Position numbers and translations under genes: made by a program | Shown here: piece by piece, positions 63,817-64,000 of the stretch | How positions within the stretch are numbered: the first letter of the stretch is position 1 | How the letters are laid out: each line of letters opens with the position of its first letter | Notes under the pieces: model-generated | Told to the model about the DNA's origin: nothing | Databases searched by the model: none | The model's input: only the letters and a program-made list of their open reading frames with translations | NCBI RefSeq assembly: GCF_006345805.1 | Contig: NC_043000.1 | Coordinates: 102,238,001-102,302,000 of the forward strand | From: Octopus sinensis | Taxonomy: Eukaryota | Reading direction: 5' to 3' | Length of the DNA stretch: 64,000 bases

Positions 63817-64000
63817 ATTCCTTCCTGCGTCATGTTGGCTCATAGAGCTGGTTTCCTGGTTTCTATAGAGCATATCGTCCCACTGGACAGTAAACTAGTC
63901 CTACGCAGGATTACTCATTTTTGCCACCTGAGCGGACTGGAGCAACATAAAATAAAGTGTTTTTCTCAACAACACAAGGCTCCGCGTGGTCCTGGAATCG
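63817..64000 (-). mobile_element. SINE sharing the family C core, cut by the window edge
   Basis: TTTTGCCACCTGAGCGGACTGGAGCAACATAAAATAAAGTGT matches 32246-32288. Confidence 0.75.

Overview
This is AT-rich eukaryotic DNA with very dense microsatellites and one 100-N scaffold gap (4836-4935). The repeat families look like those of an octopus (coleoid cephalopod) genome, which is an inference from memory and not a database hit. I see no convincing host protein-coding exon, and almost every listed ORF is a translation of (TA)n, (TG)n, (TATG)n, (GATA)n or (GGT)n tracts, so the window is probably intronic or intergenic. It is a mosaic of dead mobile DNA: a full-length degenerate mariner (21803-23072), an internally deleted DD37D/maT element (about 24795-25851), a TTAGGG-bearing MITE (10236-10671), several Helitrons (one keeps the Pif1-like helicase C-terminus), three or more R4/Dong-clade non-LTR remnants next to (TAA)n/(ATC)n tracts, an RTE-BovB-like 3' fragment with an open frame, two Penelope-like (PLE) GIY-YIG remnants, and about 35 SINE copies from at least four families. 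The most striking unannotated pattern is a set of unrelated fold-back (inverted-repeat) fragments, mostly in the first 8.5 kb plus one at 36-38 kb. They sit in (TA)n tracts and carry degenerate minimal type I hammerhead ribozyme motifs at or near their hairpin centres. Hammerheads in PLEs are known, so any novelty would lie in their diversity and fold-back form here. All structures were read by eye and none was computed.
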